This document shows positions 11,201 through 18,512 of a stretch of DNA of 64,000 nucleotides, piece by piece (position 1 is the first letter of the stretch; each line of letters begins with the position of its first letter). Below the pieces are notes generated by a model. The model ran no database searches. It was given only the letters and a program-made list of their open reading frames with translations, and was not told the DNA's origin. The stretch covers positions 6,968 through 70,967 of the forward strand of contig PBKJ01000027.1 in NCBI GenBank assembly GCA_002722135.1, written 5' to 3'. The DNA is from Methanobacteriota archaeon (GTDB taxonomy: Archaea; Thermoplasmatota; Poseidoniia; Poseidoniales; Poseidoniaceae). Both the position numbers and the translations under genes were made by a program.

Positions 11201-11255
11201 GCCGATGAACACCCGGAGGTCTGAGCGATTTTCGGGCGTGGGCAGGCCTCGATGA
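8232..11255 (+). CDS. Large polytopic membrane protein with a central TPR-like helical domain and a basic C-terminal tail; function unknown
   Basis: 1007 aa. It has an N-terminal signal/TM, roughly 10 predicted TM helices in the first 450 aa, an acidic helical repeat region (aa ~480-700), two more TM helices and an Arg-rich tail. I recognised no known catalytic motif, and no WWDYG (AglB) motif. Confidence 0.6.
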   Translation: MNRALAIMLGVVWLVPAAAAQVVIVQPSEPSAELAIPFSIAIVAALLLWRWFVPRQLASLQVAFEIDDDLYEVHRISKTVGEARELLSERSVSRGAILYLMGMTGILLLIAELMFDPNTFYLPNLYIIALLVGLPIIVSPWETLNAQLIGVGTSKVKAGFASRLSRITTLPLLLAALVGTVFLGLQLEGTLTPEWIAISLLVFMGPTIIAYGRIMGASWNVLLLNKWRSFRGQTTPIDPEQPRFVNRLVAIILVLFLFTMPLTALNGIVTVIYVVSVEPTNTEAMLNYGGIIGYSIYSNIDLIMEIVGQLEVLKSLPQVLSLYLSLNVAIVGLAFIFELTRNLLLGGQSFGGSFGVQLAPPRDIRSEVGVRGKLVAFCFAGFSGYTVLLLLLVCYKEFGDVMPYTDWLAAQAFDEEMRLLTTWMFIAVGQAIFMLTWLASISQFGRLRGLRFDIDPDQRRDGAVMLTEGNNLRMMIDKAAQNDDLDMLRRLQSAEFTDDEALIRHEKARAKMWELALRGLWPQASEEAKKVLAQSGGDDDESRLLLAASYLASRRLDAAREALYGLEQPEGYDEPELISFLCEWLDPWHGRVDEDDLWDWENNSTIDHLQDIMKMLESWDPNPDTMNRHDDRLSRIGRISRVALLRAQRRHKEALELALDCVRADPTGVRPRVAVALCLVDQGRWHEARTVLDELNASDPSDPRVKSLMALMGHHPDMDEFEVAMAMEPRAKGRNYLDEAPINPMAGALIRGGLDEALTANALIVAHEAVRRAVAPGHRTSALTYLIHLGLVLPLWGMGAAYLATLRGTTVGLGAALAFGGLHVMYIRLLQQQRHVVKQRDQRMMIELGRRLKRKKAVPTDTNTPIGTHLILTGLLLTVNGVVLDIGLPAWLTARNEEVSDRSLQARLKRRAAKMERAKSPRTKPLGRGWWLKREDPTDGGPALDALIGPSAYRGRAAAEGLKQKLGGSVSGGPPRRLSVSDLDMAGRGAPMNTRRSERFSGVGRPR

Positions 11256-11311
11256 AGCGACTCTGAACGTGGCGCTGTGCGACGATTTCCGTCGAACAAA
11301 TCACGTGAAGT

Positions 11312-11319
11312 TCTATAAC
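11312..11319 (+). promoter_or_regulatory. Candidate archaeal TATA box upstream of the TSP3-repeat gene
   Basis: ttctataa lies ~36 nt upstream of the ATG at 11355, inside the only >90-nt intergenic gap on this strand block. Confidence 0.3.
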
Positions 11320-11354
11320 CGGCGCGAGGGACCGGAAAAACCGGGGTCTTAGCC

Positions 11355-14300
11355 ATGGCCATGAATCACAACCAGATGGCATACGTCGCCATCATCACGA
11401 CGCTCATTTTCGGCTCGTTGTTCGTTGGAATCAGCGGATTCTGGCAAACCAACGAACGCATCGGCGACTTCGAAAGCGCTGCCGAAGAGGACATCTACGG
11501 TGAAGGCACTGAGTCTGCTGAGACCTTGGACTCCGACGGCGATGGACTTCCGGACACGCTCGAACAAACCCAATACGGGACGCTCATCAACGACCCGGAC
11601 ACCGACGGTGACGGCATGTCGGACGGCTGGGAAGTCGCTCACGGCCTGAACCCCCTCGACAACGGTGAATCCGATGACGTGACGCTTGATCCGAGCGAAG
11701 CGGACACGGAAGACGCCACGAAGAAGAACGAAACTGATGCCTGGCCAGACCCCAACCAAGGCCCGAACGGTGACCCCGATCGGGACGGTTTGACCAACAC
11801 CGTCGAGCAGGACCTGGGCACCGATCCTCAGCGTGCGGACACCGACAACGACGGCTTGAACGACCGTTGGGAGTCGCTCTACTCAACGGTCGTGACCACG
11901 GTCGGCGGCGACGTGACGCTGTTCGATCCCCTCCGTGGAAATTGGGACTGCCTCCTCCTTGACGCAGGCACAGAGCAGGCTTTGGAGGACTACTACGACG
12001 ACGCCAACGAGGAAGATCCCGCCAACCCCAGCTGGGACGACTTGGCCAACTCCGAGGGCAAGCATTCCTGCGACAGCGTGCTCGACACGGACGAGGACGG
12101 CCTGCCCAACTGGTTGGAGGAACAATACGGAACGGACCCCACGTCTCGGGACTCCGACCAGGACCTCATTGACGACATCGTCGAGGTCTCCACTCAACTC
12201 GTGAACATCTTCGTCGGAACCGGCGAAGAGTGCAACGTTGCCCTCGTCCAATCCATCGACAGGGTGGCTCCGTTCCAGACCAAGGAGGATGCATGGTTCC
12301 TCGGCGACATGGACGGTGACGGCTTGCTCAACGGTCCATCGGACTGGGACACAGACGGTGACGGCATGCCGGACGGTTTCGAGTACTGCTACTCTCACCT
12401 CACCGACCTTAGCGACGAGATTGCGGTCAATCAAGGCCTTGACAGCTCCATGCTCCTTGACCCGGCCAACGCCTCCGATGCATACGGTGACTGGGACGAA
12501 GACGGGTTGAACAACCTCGAAGAATACCTCGTCGCTGAATCCTTCGGACCGAGCAACTTTACCTCCCCGTGGCGCATTGATACCGACTTGGATCAAATGC
12601 CCGACGGCTGGGAATCGAGCAATGGTCTCCACCCACGTGACGGTACCAACGGCGATGAAGACCCTGACCGAGACGGTTGGGACGCTGACGGTGACGGCGC
12701 GGTGGTCTACGCAGAGCTGGTCAACAGCGTGACGGTCATTGGTGTCGATGTGGAACTGGACGACTGGGTCATTGCGAATCAAACCGTTGCGCGCGGGCAA
12801 ATCACCCTCGCTGGCGGCAACAAGCAAACCGTTTCGCTTGGCTCACCCGTTGACGGCTACGTCTACGACATTCACGTTGCGGTCGGCGATGTGATCGAAT
12901 CCCGGCTTGACGTCTGGATGGACATCGTCGAACCTGAGGAGCAATTCACCAACCTGATGGAATACAACGCGCGTGACCGCGACGGCGACGGTTTGGCCGA
13001 CGGACGTTCAACCGACCCATTGGTCGCCGATACAGACGGCGACGGTCTCCGCGATGGCATCGAAGTCATGGGTTGGGAGATCCTTGTCGTCAACGTCGGA
13101 GTCCAGCGCATCATGGTGACCAGCGATCCCGGTCTCTACGACACCGACGCCGATGGCCTGTCTGACTTCATTGAATTCAGTGAACTGTGCGACACCGGTT
13201 CCAACGCCTCGAACCCCGACACGGACGGTGACGGTCTCGGTGATCAGGCCGAGGCTCTTTCTGGATTCACGTGGGAAGGCGAGTCTTACTTTACCGACGC
13301 GTGTATGTTCGATACCGACAACGACGGTCTGGAAGACGGCGAGGAAGTCATCGCAGGTCAGGACAACTTCCTGACCCACGCCAACAACTCTGACACCGAC
13401 GATGACGGCTTGAAAGACGGCAATGAGGTCCTCTTCGTGCCTCGTCCCTTCCAAAAGGCCACGAACCCACTCATCAACGACACCGACGCCGACGGCATGC
13501 TCGACGGTTGGGAGATGCAGGTCAAGTCGGCCGAAGACAACACGAACTCGCACAGCCTCTGGGTCGCTGCAAGCTCATGGTCAAGGCCCGGATGTGAATC
13601 CACCCAGACCAACAACTGCCTGATGGAGCCTGGTGGCTACGTGTGGCAGAATTTCCTTGGTGGCTTTGTGCTCGAGGCCAAGTACGAGGTGTGGGAGATG
13701 AACCTCAGCGGTTTCACCGTGCCTGCCAACCCGTTGTGTGATGGATGCTCCGGTCGCTGGGCCCTCGACCCCTCGCTCGACTCTCTGGCCGATGCGAATT
13801 ATGACGTCGACAACGATTCGCTGATGAACTCCGCAGAGGCTCCGGACCGCTGGAACACCAACCCCGTGGACGACGACACGGATCAAGACATGTTGCCCGA
13901 CGGCTGGGAGGTGCTCTACAGTCAACTCGCGCTTGAGCGCGGTCTTGTCGACAACCTGTCGATCGCTTCTTCAGGCGCTCGTGGCGTGATGGACCCCTCG
14001 ATGGAAGACAGCGACCTCGACGGTATTCCTGACGGACAGGAGGACCCTGACCGTGACGGACTGAACCGCAGCGGTTTGGTCAAGAAATACTGTCCTGGCT
14101 ATGAGGATCCCACCAACAGCCAGTGTCACATCAACCCCGACACCCCCGATGGCGTTCGTTTCTACGACAACCTGGAGAATTACACGAATTTCGAGGAATT
14201 CCAAAACGGCACGGATCCGGTCACGAACGACACCGACGGTGACGAATGGAACGACGGACCGGAGGTCTACTACCAGGACCACGACGACGACGGGATGGCA

Positions 14301-14471
14301 ACGGGCTGGGAATACCACTTCGAATTCGATCCTTACGACGCAGCAGACCGCATGGTGGACACCGACGGTGACGGTCACGTCAACTATTGTGAATACAAGT
14401 GGGACACGAACCCAAGGAACCCCTTGTCGTTCCCCGGTCAGGGTCAATTGTGCGACCCGTTCGCTGAGTGA
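11355..14471 (+). CDS. Secreted/N-terminally anchored calcium-binding repeat protein (thrombospondin type-3-like DxDxDGxxDxxE repeats)
   Basis: An N-terminal TM/signal anchor (VAIITTLIFGSLFVGISGF) is followed by more than 25 repeats of the form D-x-D-x-DG-(L/M)-x-DG-W-E. Confidence 0.75.
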   Translation: MAMNHNQMAYVAIITTLIFGSLFVGISGFWQTNERIGDFESAAEEDIYGEGTESAETLDSDGDGLPDTLEQTQYGTLINDPDTDGDGMSDGWEVAHGLNPLDNGESDDVTLDPSEADTEDATKKNETDAWPDPNQGPNGDPDRDGLTNTVEQDLGTDPQRADTDNDGLNDRWESLYSTVVTTVGGDVTLFDPLRGNWDCLLLDAGTEQALEDYYDDANEEDPANPSWDDLANSEGKHSCDSVLDTDEDGLPNWLEEQYGTDPTSRDSDQDLIDDIVEVSTQLVNIFVGTGEECNVALVQSIDRVAPFQTKEDAWFLGDMDGDGLLNGPSDWDTDGDGMPDGFEYCYSHLTDLSDEIAVNQGLDSSMLLDPANASDAYGDWDEDGLNNLEEYLVAESFGPSNFTSPWRIDTDLDQMPDGWESSNGLHPRDGTNGDEDPDRDGWDADGDGAVVYAELVNSVTVIGVDVELDDWVIANQTVARGQITLAGGNKQTVSLGSPVDGYVYDIHVAVGDVIESRLDVWMDIVEPEEQFTNLMEYNARDRDGDGLADGRSTDPLVADTDGDGLRDGIEVMGWEILVVNVGVQRIMVTSDPGLYDTDADGLSDFIEFSELCDTGSNASNPDTDGDGLGDQAEALSGFTWEGESYFTDACMFDTDNDGLEDGEEVIAGQDNFLTHANNSDTDDDGLKDGNEVLFVPRPFQKATNPLINDTDADGMLDGWEMQVKSAEDNTNSHSLWVAASSWSRPGCESTQTNNCLMEPGGYVWQNFLGGFVLEAKYEVWEMNLSGFTVPANPLCDGCSGRWALDPSLDSLADANYDVDNDSLMNSAEAPDRWNTNPVDDDTDQDMLPDGWEVLYSQLALERGLVDNLSIASSGARGVMDPSMEDSDLDGIPDGQEDPDRDGLNRSGLVKKYCPGYEDPTNSQCHINPDTPDGVRFYDNLENYTNFEEFQNGTDPVTNDTDGDEWNDGPEVYYQDHDDDGMATGWEYHFEFDPYDAADRMVDTDGDGHVNYCEYKWDTNPRNPLSFPGQGQLCDPFAE

Positions 14472-14483
14472 GCAGGCGGCGTC

Positions 14484-15923
14484 ATGATGGTCCATCCTCG
14501 GGTCATCGTGCTCATTGCCGTTCTTCTCTTGCCTTGTGTTCCAGTTGCCGCCGCGGATGGGGCAACGGATGAAGCGTTCGTGTTCAACCACGACCACGGA
14601 GAGACCCATCCTGACGGATCGGTCGAATTGACGGGTTCGTCAACGCTGCCGCTCAACGACCTCACGTGGGAACTCATCGATGCATCAACAGGCGCCGCTT
14701 TGCTCACCGGGACCTACTTGGACAGCGTTGCACCAAACGCCGACGGTTCGTGGTCGTGGTCGCACAACCTTTCCTTGGTCGACTCAGGGTGCTCCTGCAG
14801 GTTCGTGGTGAACCTTGGTGCTCCTGACCTACAGCGGCATGAACTGGTGGTGTTCCTCGGTAGCGGCATGTCGTGGTCACCCGTTTGGCTGACGCAGCCC
14901 ATCGGTGACGTGGTGTTCACGGATGCGGACAACCGCACCGTGGACCTCCCAATCGTTTTGGCCCCCGGTCGTGAAAACGGTTCGGTGCTGGAGGTGGAGC
15001 GCTGTCCCGCGAGCAGCACCGGAGTGTGCAAGTCACCTCCAACGCTTGCGACCTTTCCACTCGTCACCGATGGCTTGTCCACGACGGTCGTCCTGAACCC
15101 GCTCGACTGGAGCCCCGAAGGGCACTGGTCTGTGCCATCCCTGGTGGTGATCGACAACGTGCTTGCACGTTCCGATTCGGTGCAATGGCATGTCTTGCAT
15201 GACTTGACCCCGCCTGAAGTGTCCATTGAATCGGCATCCAGCGCCAACGAATCAGACCTCGTCTTGGTGGTGGTCAACGCAACAGACAGCACCAGTGACC
15301 TCGTTGAATTGGTGGAACTTCGGGCCACGTCGCCCGACGGCCGTGTGACCGTGTTGGATGCAGCTGTGAACGATTCAGAATTTACCGTTCAGCCCGACAG
15401 CTCGGGATCTTGGACCGTTCACGTCACCGTTCGCGATGGTGCGGGGTTGTCCCAAACGGCCAGCCATGTGATGCAGGTTTCCAATCTCCCTCCCGTGGCT
15501 GGCGTCAGGCTGAACGGGGCAATGGTCGAAAATGGAGATGCCTTCCAGGTGAAACTTGGGCAGCCTTTGCTCCTCGATGCCTCCACGTCAAGCGATACGG
15601 CCAGCGATGTCCTGGACCTCAACCACGTCTGGTGGATTGGCGACGACGTGCGGTTGTCTGGCGTCGAGCGTCTGACCGAGGATCGCTTCCAGAAAACCGG
15701 CACCTTCGACGTCCGCATGGAGGTTGTCGATGACGACGGCGCTGCGTCTGAACTCGTGTTCACGCTTGAAGTCGTGGACCCCGCTGCACCACTCGGAGAT
15801 GCGGTGGTCGTTGGGCCTGTTGTCATCTTGCTCATCGGCGTGGCCCTCGTGGGTGTCTTCCTCTTCCGCCAAAGAAAGGACAGCACGAGCATCCCCACGT
15901 GGCCAGGTGAGGGTGAAACCTGA
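14484..15923 (+). CDS. Cell-surface protein with a signal peptide, a PKD-like domain and a C-terminal TM anchor
   Basis: Signal peptide MMVHPRVIVLIAVLLLPCVPVAAA. The PKD-like signature is LLDASTSSD...WWIGDD...GTFDVRMEVVDDDG. The C-terminal TM is PVVILLIGVALVGVFLF plus a short basic tail. It sits 12 nt downstream of the previous gene. Confidence 0.65.
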   Translation: MMVHPRVIVLIAVLLLPCVPVAAADGATDEAFVFNHDHGETHPDGSVELTGSSTLPLNDLTWELIDASTGAALLTGTYLDSVAPNADGSWSWSHNLSLVDSGCSCRFVVNLGAPDLQRHELVVFLGSGMSWSPVWLTQPIGDVVFTDADNRTVDLPIVLAPGRENGSVLEVERCPASSTGVCKSPPTLATFPLVTDGLSTTVVLNPLDWSPEGHWSVPSLVVIDNVLARSDSVQWHVLHDLTPPEVSIESASSANESDLVLVVVNATDSTSDLVELVELRATSPDGRVTVLDAAVNDSEFTVQPDSSGSWTVHVTVRDGAGLSQTASHVMQVSNLPPVAGVRLNGAMVENGDAFQVKLGQPLLLDASTSSDTASDVLDLNHVWWIGDDVRLSGVERLTEDRFQKTGTFDVRMEVVDDDGAASELVFTLEVVDPAAPLGDAVVVGPVVILLIGVALVGVFLFRQRKDSTSIPTWPGEGET

Positions 15924-15925
15924 AC

Positions 15926-17332
15926 ATGCGTGCAACGCTTGATATCATGTCGGCCCCTGCTCTCATCATGTTCAACGGGGTCTTCGACGACCTGCCCGCC
16001 GCACCGGACGCGTTCACCAACGCAGAGGTCCGGGCCCGGCAAGCGAGGTTGACCTCTGGGTTGTCGACGGATACCCTCATTCTGCTCCCTGCGCCCCATG
16101 AGTCCACCCGATCGAACGACGTCCATTACCGCTACAGGTCCTCATCCGATCTGATGTACCTGACCGATTGGTCTGAACCGGAATCCATGGGGTACGCGTA
16201 CCACGATGGAAGTGCTTGGGTCTGGGGCCTCTGCGTCCAACCGAAGGATACCCTCAAGGAAATCTGGGAGGGGCGACGCCTCGGCACCGAAGGCGTCCTC
16301 GCGCTCGGGATGGTCGACCGCACCCACAGCATACACGAACGCGATGGTGTGGTCCGCGACTTGCTTCAACACACCAGCCGTGTTCTCCTCAGGCAAGGCA
16401 TCGATGCTTCGCTGGACGAGTTGGTTCGCGTCGCAATGACGGAGCGCTCACGCCCACGCCAGCAGTTCGGAACCGGTCCAGTGGTCCTCGAAGACCCGAG
16501 CGCCCGCATTGCCGAACTCCGCCTCAGGAAATCGAACGAGGAAGTGGCCATGATGCGTCATGCTGCCGAGATTTCTGCCCGCGCTCACGTCGCTGCCATG
16601 AAGCTGCCTTCGGCGGGGCTTAACGAACGCCACATCCAAGCGGCGATTGAAGGCGGTTTTGTTTATGGCGGTGGCGACGGTTGGGCGTACCCTTCCATCG
16701 TCGGTTCGGGCGTGAACGCCACCATCCTTCACTACACCGTGAACAATGCCCCTTGCAACGTCGGTGACGTGGTGTTGATCGATGCTGGGACAGAATATCG
16801 CGGCTACGCCTCCGACATCACCCGCTCATGGCCCGTCGGTGGTCAGTTTTCAGAAGCTCAACGTGAACTGTACACGGTCGTTCTTGACGCACAAAAGGCT
16901 GCGATAGACGTATGCCGCGTAGGACAACCCTACAACGCTCCCCACGATACCGCACGTCGCGTTCTCGCCGAAGGGCTCATCCAACTTGGTGTCATCAAGC
17001 AAAGCCTGGATGAGGCACTCGACCCAGAAACAGGTGAACTACGCTGGTGGTACATGCACAACACTGGACATTGGCTGGGGCTTGATGTCCATGATGTCGG
17101 CGTGTACCGGCCCAACGGCGAACCACGCCTCCTGGAGCCCGGCATGGTGCTCACGGTGGAACCGGGTTTGTACTTCGCTGCATGGCGGCCTGACGTGTCG
17201 TGCCCGCCCCGCTATGCCGACATTGGCATCAGGATCGAAGACGACGTCCTGGTGACCGAGGCCGGTCCTGTGGTGCTCTCAGACGCATGTCCAAAGGAGT
17301 TGGCTGACCTCGAGGGCATTGTCGGAGCGTGA
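15926..17332 (+). CDS. pepP: Xaa-Pro aminopeptidase (M24B family)
   Basis: M24 pita-bread fold motifs (HNTGHWLGLDVHDVG, a metal-ligand pattern) and a creatinase-like N-domain. The gene starts 3 nt after the PKD gene. Confidence 0.85.
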   Translation: MRATLDIMSAPALIMFNGVFDDLPAAPDAFTNAEVRARQARLTSGLSTDTLILLPAPHESTRSNDVHYRYRSSSDLMYLTDWSEPESMGYAYHDGSAWVWGLCVQPKDTLKEIWEGRRLGTEGVLALGMVDRTHSIHERDGVVRDLLQHTSRVLLRQGIDASLDELVRVAMTERSRPRQQFGTGPVVLEDPSARIAELRLRKSNEEVAMMRHAAEISARAHVAAMKLPSAGLNERHIQAAIEGGFVYGGGDGWAYPSIVGSGVNATILHYTVNNAPCNVGDVVLIDAGTEYRGYASDITRSWPVGGQFSEAQRELYTVVLDAQKAAIDVCRVGQPYNAPHDTARRVLAEGLIQLGVIKQSLDEALDPETGELRWWYMHNTGHWLGLDVHDVGVYRPNGEPRLLEPGMVLTVEPGLYFAAWRPDVSCPPRYADIGIRIEDDVLVTEAGPVVLSDACPKELADLEGIVGA

Positions 17333-18512
17333 CGTTGTGTGGTCGGCCATTCTCGAGCGTCAGGCGCAGTGGACGCCTGAGGATCCCACGGCCGTGCGCT
17401 TGTCGCCAGAGGACGCTGTGATCCTGTACGAAACAGCGCCGCTTCATGCGCTGATGAGTTCGGCTCTGCTTCGACGGCAGCAACAGGTTCCCGGTGGCGA
17501 GGTCACGTACCTCATTGACAGGAACGTGAATTACACCAATGCATGCACCATCAACTGCCAGTTTTGTTCCTTCTACCGGCCCATCGGTCATGATGAAGTC
17601 TACACGCAGACCATCGACGAAATCTCACAACGGTTGTCAGAGTTGGAGGCCATCGGTGGTGTTCGCGTGCTCATGCAGGGCGGCGTGAATCCCGACCTGC
17701 CCTTTTCGTGGTACACCAATGTCCTCCGGGAACTCCGTGTTCGTCACCCCTCCATCGACCTTGATTGCTTTAGCCCAATCGAGATTCAAGGGATGTCTGA
17801 CATCACTGGATTGAGTACCCTCGACGTCCTTCATGCGCTGAAGGACGCGGGGATGCACGGCTTGCCGGGTGGTGGCGCTGAGATGCTTGTGGAAGGGGTA
17901 CGTCGCGATGTTTCGCCAAAGAAGGGTGGGCCAGAACAATGGATTCGAATCATGCGTGAAGCGCAGTCCCTCGACCTCATCACCAGCGCGACCAACGTGT
18001 TTGGATTCGGCGAGGGCGCCATGGAGCGGGTTGAGCACCTTGTCCGCGTGCGTGACATGCAGGATGAGGCCATCGCGCGTGGTGAGCGCCCGTTTACGTC
18101 GTTCATCGCCTGGCCGGTCCAACTTGAGACGAATTCCTTCGGTCGACGGAACCGAGGACAAAACCGTGTGGAACTTGGTGCTGGACCGTCGGAATACCTT
18201 CGTCACGTGGCCGTCGCTCGTCTCATGCTCGACGTGGTCGATCACATCCAAGCGTCGTGGCCTACGATGGGGGTCGATGTGGCGCAGATGGCCCTCCTCG
18301 GTGGGGCGGACGACATCGGTTCCACCATGATGGAAGAAAACGTCGTCTCTGCATCAGGCACCTCCAAAATCTCGGCCAGCGAACGTGAGCTCCAACGCTT
18401 GATCCGACGTGCTGGGCTGACGCCTCGCCGTCGGAACAGCCGATACGAGTTGCTCGATACCCCACACGGTGACAGCGAGGACCTTGCGGCTCCGGTGCCT
18501 GCCCTGGCTTAG
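17319..18512 (+). CDS. Radical SAM enzyme of the CofH/MqnC/MqnE family (probable futalosine-pathway menaquinone biosynthesis)
   Basis: CxxxCxxC cluster motif NACTINCQFCSF, followed by TIM-barrel family-specific motifs. It overlaps the pepP 3' end by 14 nt. Confidence 0.7.
   Translation: MSERDVVWSAILERQAQWTPEDPTAVRLSPEDAVILYETAPLHALMSSALLRRQQQVPGGEVTYLIDRNVNYTNACTINCQFCSFYRPIGHDEVYTQTIDEISQRLSELEAIGGVRVLMQGGVNPDLPFSWYTNVLRELRVRHPSIDLDCFSPIEIQGMSDITGLSTLDVLHALKDAGMHGLPGGGAEMLVEGVRRDVSPKKGGPEQWIRIMREAQSLDLITSATNVFGFGEGAMERVEHLVRVRDMQDEAIARGERPFTSFIAWPVQLETNSFGRRNRGQNRVELGAGPSEYLRHVAVARLMLDVVDHIQASWPTMGVDVAQMALLGGADDIGSTMMEENVVSASGTSKISASERELQRLIRRAGLTPRRRNSRYELLDTPHGDSEDLAAPVPALA

Noticed and set aside
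11883-12827. A 314-aa antisense ORF inside the TSP3-repeat gene. There are many similar antisense or out-of-frame ORFs in the track, for example 1385-2014 and 1428-2456 inside leuS, 4805-5503 inside the exporter, and 8460-9800 inside the membrane/TPR gene.
   Set aside because: High GC makes long stop-free alternative frames common. These ORFs have low-complexity Arg/Pro/Gly/Val composition and lie entirely within well-supported genes on the other strand.
11355-14471. Periodic DNA repeats (gacaccgacggtgacgg...) that might look like a CRISPR-type or tandem-repeat array.
   Set aside because: The repeats are in-frame codons for DxDxDG calcium-binding motifs. They have variable spacing and variable sequence and no spacer/repeat regularity. 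There are no cas genes in the window.
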